DNA of 64,000 nucleotides from Oculina patagonica (Eukaryota): NCBI RefSeq assembly GCF_052425735.1, contig NC_135762.1, positions 10,974,001 to 11,038,000 of the forward strand, read 5' to 3'. Shown piece by piece: positions 18,201 to 30,200 of this stretch (position 1 is its first letter; each line of letters starts with the position of its first letter). The notes under the pieces were generated by a model. It saw only the letters and a program-made list of their open reading frames with translations, ran no database searches and was not told where the DNA came from. The position numbers and the translations under genes were made by a program.

Positions 18201-19468
18201 TATTCATACTGAACCGAAGAATCACGCTGGCTACTTCTAAGTGAAAACTTTTTTAATTTTCTAACTGATACTTTTAAAATAGGGTTTCACCAATGTTTTA
18301 CACTTTTTAGATTTTAGTTCTTTCTTCCATTTTGTATTCTTTTTTTTTTCTTGCTTGAGAAGGGCCATCATGTAAACTTCGTTCAATAAAGTCTTTTTTT
18401 GTAATGCCAAGTAAGGGCTTGACCTCGTCATCCTTAATGACAACTGTCAAACGACGGGAAATTTTAACTGGCAAATTAGAAACGACACCAGTTTTTTCAG
18501 CTGGCAGTGGAAATGTATACCTCTCTATGATCCAGGATCTATAAATAACACTTTTTTGAAACAAAAAGACACACAGCACAAAGTCCATGGCTCGCAGCTT
18601 GTAAATCATTTAATTCTCAATCAGCATTGATTGAGTCCTAAATTCTCACAACTTTTTATGTAAAACTAAAGAGGCAGTTCACGAGAATCAAGCACTTGAA
18701 CATCTCACTCAACCCGCCCAAAATTCTCTCCAAATTGCATAGTTATAGAGTAAAAAAGCCACCCTTTTGGCGTTGTTTTTTCCATTAGATATTACTTTTT
18801 CAGGCAATCTTGTTCTGCTTCAAATTATTGTATAAGATCTAAGGAGAATTGGAAGAACAGAAGAGAATGTTCGTGTTTAGGCACAGTTGTAATCTAAAAC
18901 TGTTATAGAGGTGTCCGTATTTTTGAGAAAGAATTTACAAATTTCGGTCTCTTTGGTCCCTGTGATCCACACTTACTTAATTTTTTCGGTCAGATCCCCT
19001 AGCTATATCATCGGCTCTGTGTTTGTAAGTACAGAAAAAGGTCTTCAAATGACGTCACAGCATAATCACAAACTAGAACACTGGGATAGCTCCTGTATTT
19101 ACCTCGAGGCCAACATCTACTACTAGTTATCCGGAAAAAAGAAATGGCGTATGAAAAACCGGGACGATATTTATCAGTTCATTCTGATAAAGCAGCATAA
19201 GGAAAGGACGTGTATCTGTATCATTCTTTACAATCGAACTCTTCACTGAGATGCATGAAATCGAAGAAGAATTGTTTTTCTACTTACCAGGCGTACGGAG
19301 GAAATCTTGGATAGCCTGTTCCTTTGAAAGCTGAATCTCCAGTTCTTCAATTCTTCCACGGATAAGAAACAACTCGGCGGTATTGGTGTTAGATCTTATA
19401 AGAGTTGCTACAGAAAGCAACAACGCCAAAACACTCAGAGCAAAGGAGAAGCTTTGAAACGCATCCAT
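15216..19468 (-). CDS. Signal-anchor / furin site / short collagen / 3x Ig / Caspr(CNTNAP)-type fibrinogen-like domain protein, paralogue A, ~628 aa
   Basis: Exons 19288-19468, 17839-18132, 16749-17036 and 15216-16339, all phase-1 GT-AG introns, 1887 nt in frame. Contains hydrophobic FSFALSVLALLLSVATLI, RRFAR, 11 Gly-X-Y triplets, three Ig domains (DAGMYVC, DSDRYTC, DGGLYTC) and the C-terminal SCSEL...CEQFIKYEC...WWVSRDG...YWGG...CACG...CNCDAND...LPVTQLRFGD typical of the Caspr/neurexin-IV FBG-like domain. Confidence 0.88.
16467..16624. mobile_element. Tc1/mariner(pogo/Tigger)-like MITE in intron 3 of paralogue A
   Basis: TIRs CAGTTGAATCCCGATAACTCGAACC ... GGTTCGAGTTATCGGGATTGAACTG, TA on both sides, internal AACTCGAAC sub-repeats. 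Confidence 0.8.
17089..17272. mobile_element. Penelope-like element remnant (inverted pseudo-LTR plus tail)
   Basis: 13-bp direct repeat AAAATATGTTGAT at 17076-17088 and 17273-17285. Perfect 30-bp inverted repeat 17089-17118 / 17210-17239, a 33-bp unpaired tail, and a hammerhead core inside. Confidence 0.7.
17128..17168 (-). ncRNA. Minimal type-I hammerhead ribozyme-like motif
   Basis: Minus strand reads TTG-CTGAAGA-A-GGC-AACAGTAGTG-GCC-GAAA-CG-TC-CAA. It has the CUGANGA and GAAA boxes, a short stem II, a palindromic minimal stem III and stem I TTG/CAA. Confidence 0.6.
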
Positions 19469-20288
19469 TACTGATTTTGGGTCAGTGACACTGGCTGGGA
19501 TTTTTTCTATCTTCAATATCACGTCCCTATTCGGTAATAAATACTCGGCATAAAGAAATATCACCACATGATATATGACAAGTTCACGGCCCCTACAGTG
19601 AATGGAATTCCTTTTTCAAGCAAAATATTGCTTGCTGGTTAATCCGAGAATGCGCCTACTCGACCACTGTGAGCAAGACATCTTTTGAAAGAACTCTTTC
19701 CACCAGTTCTTTATAACATTACAATACGCGCATAAATATTCCATTTTTTTTTTTTAATTTCTTATAATTATTAGTTCTGAATTCCCTGAGTTGCCTTTCT
19801 AATTTTTATCGTTTGGCATTATCTTGGCAATTAAAACTATACATTTTTTTAGCGCTTTATTTTGATTACTCTTGGAAACACAGATCCTGGTAGATCTATG
19901 ACAAGCCAAATAATTTAGTTAAGTCAAGGCAAAACGATTCTATTCAGTTCTAGATCAGGTCGAATCTTTATTGCATTTACATACAATCTGAAAGTAAAAA
20001 AAAAACGATGAAATATATATTTTATATAATCGATGTTTACATGAAGCTCAGTTTATCTTCAGTAAAGTTTAAACAACTATAAGAATATATCTGAAAACCG
20101 ATAAGTATACGGCGAAAACGACAAAAAACGACTGAAGCGAAGTCAATAACTGTCATTTTAATTATTTTTTTTTAGCATTTTAGCAGTGAGTTCATGCTGT
20201 GTGCATTAGTAATTGGTTAACGACTTCTACATTCTAAGTACTTGAACATTCTAGGAATTTCTAGAATGTTCCTGGTCCTCGCGCATTG

Positions 20289-23200
20289 TCACAACAGTCC
20301 AAAACACTTTAATTTTCCCAGCGTGTGAAAGCCAAACTCGCGATTGAGTTTGCCAGCGTCTCCAAATCTAAGCTGTGACACGGGTAAAATGGCTCTGTCT
20401 GTTAGCAACCCCTCATCGCGGCGCAGGACGAAATCGTTCGCGTCACAGTTACATTTCCCTCCCTTTGCGCATGTGTTGTTGACTCCGCATGCGCACATTC
20501 CACTGTCGGGTGGAGCTCCGCCCCAGTACGTCATCTTCTCCCCATCACGTGACACCCACCAACCTACGGGCGAGCCGTCATTGAGCAGCAGCGAGTGCAT
20601 GCAGTCATATCTGATAAACTGCTCGCACTTGGCCGAGGCGTTTATCACGGACACAACCTGAGCCATAGAAGCTGATGTGTAGTTGATGTCTCTTTTATAA
20701 CACCCTGGTGGATCACAGGTGATTGTTTGCATTCTGATCTCACTGTCGTGATGAAAAATGGTAGTTCCGACGCCATTTTTATCATTCATGTCGCAGAGCG
20801 CCTGAAACGCGGGAACTGGGCCCTCAACATCCGGGTCTATCCGATATTCTTTGCTTTCTGTGTAACCAAGATTTCGCCATTCGGTACAAGTCCGAACCAA
20901 TACGTCCACCTCTACTTCAATTTTAATGGAAGTTATTATATTCTTTGCTATGCATTTGTAAAAGCCAATGGCATCGAACGAAGCGTTGGCGATAACCAGA
21001 GTTCCATTTTTAAGGACCCGAGAACCAGACGGTAAGTTGCCATCTTTCTTTGACCACGTGACAACAGGAACGAATTCTCCACTGTCTGCTGCGCATGTCA
21101 AAATGACGTCATTCCCAGCGTGAGCGTGTGTTTTGTTCTTTGGAACAGCGACAAATTTCAAACGAGGAACTACAGTCACCTCAAGGAAGACAGTTACCTC
21201 GTTGAAAATGTTTTTAGCTGAACAAGTGTACAAACCACTGTCATCTAAGTTGAATTCTGCGAAACTCCACTTTGCCTACTTCAAAGTGCGCTTCTCCGTG
21301 GGAGAGGTCTCCAGAGGTTTTGTTCCACGTGATTTCCGGCTCAGGTCGTCCGAAGACTGGACAGCGGAGTGTTAAGTCGCTTTCCTCTTCCACAAACGTC
21401 TGTGGTGAGTGTTCTAGCACGCGGACAGGTACTACGTACATAAGCAAACAAAACCAAACAAGTGATAGATAGGTCCGCAATGCATAAATATGTGGTCCTT
21501 TATATTTAGTTGTCTAAAGGCTTCATTGAATGCTTCCTTAATGTTTGTATGAATACATTGCTTATCACATTTTTTTCTTTCTTTCCTGGTCTCTTTTACC
21601 GGTACAATTTAGGGTGCAATGTTATATCAAGGAAGAAGACTTTTTTCCCCTAGGAAAATGCATACGAGAAATCTATAGAAAGAAACCTCGCGAATTTCTT
21701 CAGGGAGAGCCATTGATAAACGAATCAAAACTGATCAAGTGGATTTTATTGGTGGAAAAGAGCATGTATCTGCCAATTTTCTGGCACTACAATGAGGAAA
21801 TAAATGGATTAATTAATACTCAACCTTCTAACGGAGCTACTCAACGGAAATTCTCGTGTCCAGCTCACCTTGAACAGTCAAGTTAGCCTCCGCTTCAACT
21901 TCACCAACAAAATTCAACGCCTTACAAACGTAAGTACCATGATCACTGGGGACAGCGTGCATTATCATTAATGAGCCGTCAATCAAAGTGAAGTGTCGTT
22001 CTTGCTGCAGGTCGCCGTCCACTCGGCTCCAGATCACATCAGGTCTAGGCATGCCGTCGGTCTTACACAAAAGCGAGGCTGTGTCATTTTCTTGTACCAC
22101 AACGGACCGCGGTTCTTCGAGAAAGGCTGGCATAGAGGGCGTGAGAAGGCCCCCGACTTCGGATCCTGTTAAGTAAAGAATCACTATTACATGAAACAAT
22201 TAACTTCAAGCATTTAGCACAAGGAAAGGAAACCTTTTTTACAGTAACAACAGTGACTCGAGCATGGGGAACTAGGCAATTTCGTTCAAAATAATAAAAC
22301 TTTCGTTTAGTTTTTCGATGCACGTTACTTTGAAAGCAAGTTTATAGTCCAGCGACTGTAGTTGGTATCACGTACCTGTGTCACCTTTTTCCCCTTTCGC
22401 TCCTGGTTCACTCCTCTCCCCCTGTTCCCCCGGAGGTCCCGGGGGACCCGGTAGCCCCGCTGGTCCCCTGTCACCTTTTGTTCCCGGAGATCCTTGAATA
22501 CAGACATTTTCGTCTTTTGCGCAAACTTTATTTTCAAGAAGAGATCGCAACTCATTTTGAGTAATCTCTCGGACACACGGCGTCAGTTCTTTACTGCATT
22601 TGGTGCTGTTTAGTCGTACATCCACACTTTCTCTCCTGGCTCTATGTCTGTTTGGTTGATCCAAGTCTAAAATGCACAAACAGTAACTTGTTTGATTCAG
22701 GAACTATTGAAAGAGACATATTGTTGGATAGCGAAAAAACACTTCATATCCCATTGCTGGGTCATTTCTCATTCTTTTTTCTGAAACGATCACAAGTACC
22801 ACGGCCATGCAATGATTGCAGCTCCCCTCTTCGAATTTCCTCAGTACGTGCATAATTGACAGCGATCACACAGTGGGGAAGGGCGTGGGGCCTTGGTCTT
22901 CATCTCGCCTCACCCTATCCCCCTTCCGAAGTTAGAATCCCACCCTCCATCCTGTCTTTTTCTGCACGTCATCCGTCGTTAAAAAACAACCAGCCTTTTT
23001 TATTCCCAGGTCCCCCGGGCCCCCTCTCCCAATCGCGCACACAGAAACCTGTAACTCTTTCTTTTACAATACTGTAACGACGCCAATTTCCGCCCTTTGC
23101 CCTTTTGCTCTTTATCTTTATTCGGTTTGTAGGAGAACAACATGCACAACAATTTGTTAGCTACTAAGCAGTTTTTTCTAATTCAATTTACCTTAAATAC

Positions 23201-23698
23201 TTGACTACTTTATTTCCTCACCTAAATCTATTTACACTAAAATCATATCATACTCACTTATGAGCTAATGTAATTGAAAATCGCGTGCCTTGTTTAAAGG
23301 GGTGGGTGTTTTGTAGGGTTTGAAAAAGAAAAAAAATTTAATTAGACACTTTGTATCTCATTTATTGGAGTCTGTTTCGCGTGCAAATAAAGCAGCTAAT
23401 AATAGACAAGACAGTGTGCGCCAGACAAGAGGTAGAGAGAAAAAGAAAGCGTACAGAAACGACAAGAAAGTCGAAGCTGAAACTAACAGAACAATAGGGT
23501 TTTAGCTGCCAACAACCTAGATAAAGAATAACTTTTCATCATGTGCTCAAGTGCTATCATAACGGTACCTGAATCAGCCAGACGTTCAAGTAATTCTACT
23601 CGCTCGTACAATTGACGACGTTCTTGTAACATCACCAAAGCCAAAACGAGGCAAAACGTGAGAGCTGCGACGGAAATAAATGTGGCAATCTTAGACAT
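20289..23698 (-). CDS. Signal-anchor / furin site / short collagen / 3x Ig / Caspr-type fibrinogen-like domain protein, paralogue B; carries one +1 frameshift (pseudogene or assembly error)
   Basis: Exons 23569-23698, 22376-22666, 21869-22165 and 20289-21431 have the same phase-1 structure as paralogue A. The sum is 1861 nt (3n+1). The frame breaks near 21241-21265 inside Ig2 (..GKVEFRRIQL / DDSGLYTC). RHRARR site and 13 collagen triplets, one with Gly replaced by Ser. Confidence 0.82.
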
Positions 23699-24621
23699 TG
23701 TAATGTTCCTGATGCGTCCACAATGAACCCTGTTCGTTGGTATCGTGCTCAAGAAAGACAAATCGCCTTTAATACTGTGGTCGTAGTATCATGAATTAAG
23801 CTATATTGTCTATTGATAATACTGTTACATGTCGTATTTTGACAAACAACAGCCTTGTTTTCACGAGAATCAGAACCGAGATTTAAGCGAAAACAGCTAA
23901 TTTGTGTCAAAAAAGAACCCGAAGCCCTACAATACCCTCAGGTCTGTCAGGTGCTATCTGATATTGTAACATATCCCTGATCCATGTTAGTTGTGTTGTT
24001 TTCTACCTAGCTTATGGTACATTTGGAGTATTATAATTACATTTGCTATTATGAAATTTGTTTTAATCATGATAAAATTATTAGGTTTGCACTCAAGGCC
24101 AATTTCTAGGGATTAATTAATTACATCCGGTTTAGCTGTACTATAATTTTCCTGTACAAACAATTCTCTACGCGAGCTGAACTGATTCTTTATTGGCTTA
24201 GGTTGTTGTTTCACCCATAATGTAATTAAGGTCGGACTAACCTTTCTTATTATTTTTCCTGTCACCTCTTAACCTCGCGATTGAAAGTATCCGTTTCAAT
24301 GACTGTATGGAAAGACGATTATCCTGAATTGATTCAATCGAATTTCCCCGTATAAAGCGGTCACAATTTGGGACAAGAAAAAGTGTCTACTTAGGGGAGA
24401 GGTTTCCGATTTACGGGAGATGTTGGGTGTTTTGCCAGTCAGGGAGGGGGAGATTTTTTGGCAAATACACGTTTATCGTCCCTTTCACTCGGGACGATAA
24501 ACGCGAGCGCAGTAGATGGGGGTCTGGGACAAGGTAGCAATGTTTGCATCATGTAAGGCAAAGTCTGCGTCGAGCCCAGTGACCCATACAGGCCGGAGCT
24601 TATTCCAGTTTTGTAGCATTA

Positions 24622-24946
24622 AGGCCCGGTAATACGGGCAACATTTTTGTTCAACTTGTCTCGCAACATTGTTGCATTGCAAGTTGAACGAGTTGTTGCC
24701 CGTATTACTACCGCGCGCTCAACTTGTCTCGCAACAAATTTTGATGTTGCAAGTTGCAGCAACACGTTGCACAAAGTAGAACCGAGTTCTACTTTTTGCA
24801 ACAATTTTTTTCAACTTGCAACACCGAAATTTGTTGCGAGACAAGTTGAGCGCGCGGTAGTAATACGGGCAACAACTCGTTCAACTTGCAATGCAACAAT
24901 GTTGCGAGACAAGTTGAACAAAAATGTTGCCCGTATTACCGGGCCT
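24622..24946. mobile_element. Near-perfect palindromic MITE (PIF/Harbinger-like)
   Basis: AGGCCCGGTAATACGGGCAAC ... GTTGCCCGTATTACCGGGCCT with arms identical over about 120 bp and TTA on both sides. Confidence 0.85.
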
Positions 24947-24949
24947 TTA

Positions 24950-25798
24950 GGAGGCTCGATGTAGTTTTTCTAGCCTAAGGGTGGTTGTTTTGAAAATTAA
25001 AATTATCTAGGAAGCCAATGTTTGATTTTTGCCAAAATACACCATAATGATCAAATATGACCAAATTTTATTTTTTTTACCTGTCACTTAGTCACAAAGG
25101 TTACCATAGCAACGATTGACGTTTTCTTTTGTTCTCAAAGAAGCTTGATTTTCTCGAAATCTAGACTGACAATTGGTATTCATTTTTTTATATGTTTAAG
25201 TTTGGTAGATTGACTAACTGTTGACGAAATTTTAGAAAAATCTGTAAGAGCGTTTTCAAGTAAATCAAGAATGAAATTTTCAGAAAAACACCGTTTTAAT
25301 ATAAAATAGTCGCTTTAAAATTGTTTCGTATTATTTGAGCACAGTTACTTTCACTGAAATATAAATACTAACACCATCAAAGACCATTAACTAAAAGCGA
25401 AAGACTTTTTGCTTTAATTTGTTAAAATATATCGACTGCCGATTGAAGGAAATTATAAGAAAATACCAAAAACTTCATTCTTGATTTACTCTAAAACGCT
25501 CTTACAGATTTTCCTAAAATTTTGTGTACAGGTAGTCAATCTACTATACTTAAACATATCAAAAAATGAATACCAAGAGTCAGTCTAGATTTCGAGAAAA
25601 TCAAGCTTGTTTGAGAACAAAAGAAAACGTCAATGGTTGCTATGGTAACCTTTGTGGCAAAGTGACGGGTAAAAAAATAAAATTTGGTCATATTGGATCA
25701 TTATGGTGTATTTTGGCAAAAATCGAACATTGACTTCCTAGATAATTTTAATTTTAAAAACAACCACCCTTCGGCTAAAAAAACTACATCGAGCCTCC
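24950..25798. mobile_element. Non-autonomous DNA transposon with ~330-bp TIRs at a TTAA site (Kolobok-like)
   Basis: GGAGGCTCGATGTAGTTTTT ... AAAAACTACATCGAGCCTCC followed by TTAA, with TTTA on the left. Imperfect inverted arms at ~24950-25280 and ~25470-25798. Confidence 0.8.
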
Positions 25799-26434
25799 TT
25801 AAGCAACTAGGAATATTTCTACCCCCCTCCCCCCCGGATGAGATGCTAGTCCATCGCAGGGTTACCCCCAGTACAAGTTCGTTGGTACCCATTTATAAAC
25901 CTGGGTGGAGGGAGGCACTATGAGAGTAAAGCGTCTTACTCGAGAACAAAACACAATAACCCTGGCCAGCATCAAACCCTGGCCGCTGGATCAGGAGTCC
26001 AGCGCACTAACCATTAAGTGTCACAGTGCTTTCTATATTTTTTCAGACCAGTGGTAGCCTGTTCCAGGCTCTCGGTTGTTGGGGAAGAGCAAAAAACACG
26101 GGCGAGCGAGCAAAAAACGAGGAGAACACTCCCCTTCGACCCCCTCGTTTTGTTCCACGCTCAGCAACTGGAAAAGGCTAGAACAGTGGTTAATCCCCAT
26201 CCCAACACTAATGTGAGAAACATGACTTTTTAATGAACTTGTTTTCTTTATTTTGTTACACATAAAAATGAAACTATTTCTATACAAACAAAATTGATAT
26301 GCTGGTGGATAAATACTTTCAGATAAATAACAGTCACCGTTCCTGCATTGTGTGACAGTTATTTAGGTTGTTACTCATCTGAAGTGTTGTGTGACAACCC
26401 AAATAAGGCTACACGCACTAAGGTGACTGAAGAT

Positions 26435-26693
26435 AAGGTGTTGGCAAACGGGGACACACTGTTGCGGACACATTGTGGTTCATGATGTTTCTTGAGTGGG
26501 CAAACAAGCGGGACACAAAACAAATATTTTGCTTCTATGCTGTACAAACAGGAAAACATTTGTTGAGCATAAAAAATGTTTCTGACAAAAATCACTCAGA
26601 AACATTTTTTGTGCCCGCAACAAATGTTGCATGCATAGGCAAACAGTGAAACCATTGGGTCCGCAACATTGTGTCCTCATTTGCTACCATCTT
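26435..26693. mobile_element. Degenerate Harbinger-like MITE
   Basis: Imperfect TIRs AAGGTGTTGGCAAACGGGGACACA ... TGTGTCCTCATTTGCTACCATCTT. Confidence 0.6.
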
Positions 26694-27264
26694 TAGTTTC
26701 TACTTATGTAAGTCTGGACATGTAATAAATTCAATATACAAAAATCTTAATTATAACATTGTAATCCATTATACACCTTTCTTTGATTATCCAATTTTTT
26801 TGCAAAATTGTGATTAAAAAACTACAGACATTAGTTTAATAAAGCAAGTCCAAAATATACATGTAAATTTAGGAAAAAATATTCAACAATGATTCATCAA
26901 AGATTGGTTAGTTGATGTGGAAAACCAATGGAACACAACTGTCGACTGCCACATGGTCAGCATGTTAAATGCACTAACCATTATAATTTGTAAACTTAAG
27001 GTATCAATTTAATGAACTATTTTAAATCAAAATACAGAAAACAGTCCTATATATTCTGGTTGCACATATTAGGCAGCTGAATCTGTGAAGGAAAAGAAAA
27101 AAAAAATTAGCTCCTTTTTTTAAAATTTAGACAGCCCCAAAAATTTTATCCATCATCTCCATCTATCCATCACCCTATAATTCTGAAAGAATGTAGCAAA
27201 ACTGAAAAATACAGTTGTACATGTACAAACTTACATGTAGCATGAATCTTTGTGACTTGTGCCT

Positions 27265-30200
27265 TCAACTACAATCTAATTCTTCAGGTTTTCCTCTTGT
27301 GCGCCTTTCTCTGCTGTTTTTTATTTTATTTCCCAAACGGTCCACACACCAGCATTTACTTCTGTCTTTCAAGCATTGCATTGGAGCATAATAGCCCTCT
27401 TCATCGCATGTTGGCATGTGCACATGCTTCGGGCGGAACATGGGTGCTCCCTTGAACATGATGCTAGCCAATAACTTCTCTTTTTGAAACGCCTTTTTTA
27501 AATGGTGTACTAATGCAGCTGTACAGGGTCCTTCTTGGGTTTCTTGTTCATCAGCTGAATGTTGTTCTTTATCATCTGAAAGAAATTGTACACAATAAGC
27601 TTAGCATGACATATATCTCATTTTATTATTCAACAAATGGCACACTGCCCATATATGGTCAAAATGTTAGTTATCTGTCATCTGCGCATGACAGATATCC
27701 TGCGATATACTACGTAGGTTGCGAAGATTTGTCCAAATTCGTGTAAAGCGCTGCATAATCACAGTTTTTCTATCTGCAAAATGTGTTTTGTTGACAATTT
27801 GTTGAATAATAAAACAATTCTCCTGCTCATCCTTGCGGAATATCATCTGATTTTGACCAACTCGGCCTACAGCCTCCTCAGCTAAGTATCAGGCGATATT
27901 CCGAGCGATTTCAGGTGCCAAAAACACCACCAATCTACACACTGTAAAAGTAGATCTATACAGTTACAGATCTATACAGTTACTAATCTTAGTTTTTTGG
28001 TTGATTTGTACAGATGTTAAGCAGGAAGCACTCTCACAAAATTTTAAAAAAAAAATGAGAAAAAGTGAAAACAATAAAGAGAAGGAGAACCTTGCTTCCT
28101 ATCAATTGGCATCAAACCACATTTTTATGAATTCAAAGTCTATAAAAATGTTCCAAAAATCACATCAATGCAAACCTAGATTTTCCATTTCCCAGGCAGG
28201 ACTTTTGGGTCATGCTTTGGCCTACTATAACATGTTATTGACTATCCTGGCCAAATAAAAAATCCTATAATGGGGTGGCATTGAAAACCATAATGGCCAA
28301 TAAATAAACAGGTAATTTCACAGGCATTCCTAATGTAATGAATAAGACATCATCATTTTACAATAACCTGAAACACAAAACTTGGACAGTGTCCTTTAAT
28401 AATTTTTTGCTAAAAATTAATGCTTTCTAAATGACAAAATAGATTTGAAACCTGCCTTGGTGAGTAGAGGATGATTCTTCTTTCTTTTCTTGTTCATCAA
28501 AGGAAGACTGTAGTTCTTTATCATCTGAGCAAAATCATGCACATACGTAAACATACAGTAATCAGTATGTGTAAGTATATAAAAAATACATGTATGAATA
28601 TGTGAAAAGTCAGTTAAGTTACAGTTGTTACAAGGTATATTGCCTAATGTATAATTATGATGCAAAGGAAACCCTCACTGCACTGCAGCTTGTGAATGCT
28701 AACAAAGTTTTAAATCCTAATTTCTTCTTACATGTACATCATACTGCAGGGCTCAAAATAACAGCCGGTCAATGGACAATGTCCTGTCAAGATGACAATT
28801 TGTCTGGACAAAGTTTTGGTTTGTCGGTCATTTTGACTGGTAGCATACACGGCTTTTAAAATGATAACTGATGACAAGAAAAATAAAATTCATTTTTGAT
28901 ACCAATTAATCTTTGGTTAACTAAAATTCTAACGACTTTTTGACTGTCTTGTCTCTTCATCTTACAAAGGTATTAAGAAGCTATCTATTCATAAAAATTG
29001 TAAAAGAAGACCATCTAACCAACAGCTGTAACGAATGGTATATTTTGACCAGTCAGAAACGACTCGCGACGAAGCTAAGATCTGTTTGGCTGGACAAAAT
29101 GACTGCAAACTGTCTGAAAATTATTTTGAGCCCTGATCATGATTACATTAGGCAGACAAGTAATGGTATCAATAAAGAACACCATCAGTTGAGGGATACT
29201 GTCTTGACCAACATAGTCATCAAAATATTAGAACTACACATAACATGAACTTGGTTACTGAAAGACTCACTTGCAGGTAGGCATCTCTTCTCACACTCCT
29301 TTTTGGAGTCAAATCTGTTTCCGTTTCCTCTGCACCCTCCATAAACAAAAGTCATACACTGGTTCACTGAAGTGTTGAAGTACCATTTTTGAAAATAGGC
29401 CATGCACATGCCTGATTCAGGCTTCAGCTTGCAAATATCTATATTACATGAAAAATGAAAAGCAATGGAAGAGATGTAAGTTAAAATTACCAGGAACTCT
29501 TGTCTCGCTACGCTCCAGGCTCTTTGCCCCCCAGTAAGCTGTATGATTACCTTATTATAGGAATATAATGAGTCATTTTAACAACGCGAACAAAATTTAC
29601 GCGTAATAAAATTAACGCGAATTTAGGAAAAGTTCTGGTCAAATGCTTATAGTAAAAAAGTTAGCATACCTAAAAATGAACGCGAATTTTTGAAATTCGC
29701 GTTTATAACATGTATCGTCAATAATTATTTCCAATAATAAGGTATTTCACCTGCAATATATTACTCTGTTTTGTTGTTATATAATTTCATTTTAAATAAA
29801 AGCGTGTTCATTAATTTTTGTCAAGATAGATTGGCCCTGTACCTGTATGGTATGCCTTTAGCTCCTAAAAATAGCAACATGGGAGGCTGCTAAATATGCA
29901 AGTAACAAGGGTCATTACTTTATTATATACTTATGTGCATTCTGCATGTGAAGGAATAGTCAGGGAGTTTTAAAGGGGTTTCAATAACCTTTTTCATAGG
30001 AGTGGCTTCCAATGGTGGAACAGGCAGCTGGAGGATTCCCCTTTTTCCTTAGGGGGTCTAGACAAGAAGCTTGGAAAAGCATCATGATGCTGATGTTTTG
30101 TGCATCAAAAAGAGTGCTGTTGATGATTATTTTATTGAACACAGAACAGGTTTTTTGAACAAACTTTAACTTTTTAGATGCAAATCTTCCCAATTCATCC

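Larger units (their letters stand above)
24556..26017 (-). mobile_element. tRNA-derived SINE split by two nested DNA elements (pieces ~24556-24622 and 25799-26017)
   Basis: The sequence ...CAGGCCGGAGCTTATTCCAGTTTTGTAGCATTAA joins GCAACTAGGAATATTTCTAC...CATCGCAGGGTTACCCCCAG...GGTACCCATTTATA. It ends in a reverse tRNA-like head near 25970-26017 and resembles a common anthozoan SINE (recognised from memory, not searched). Confidence 0.7.

Noticed and set aside
24619-24964. Mirror-image ORFs on both strands
   Set aside because: By-product of the palindromic MITE.
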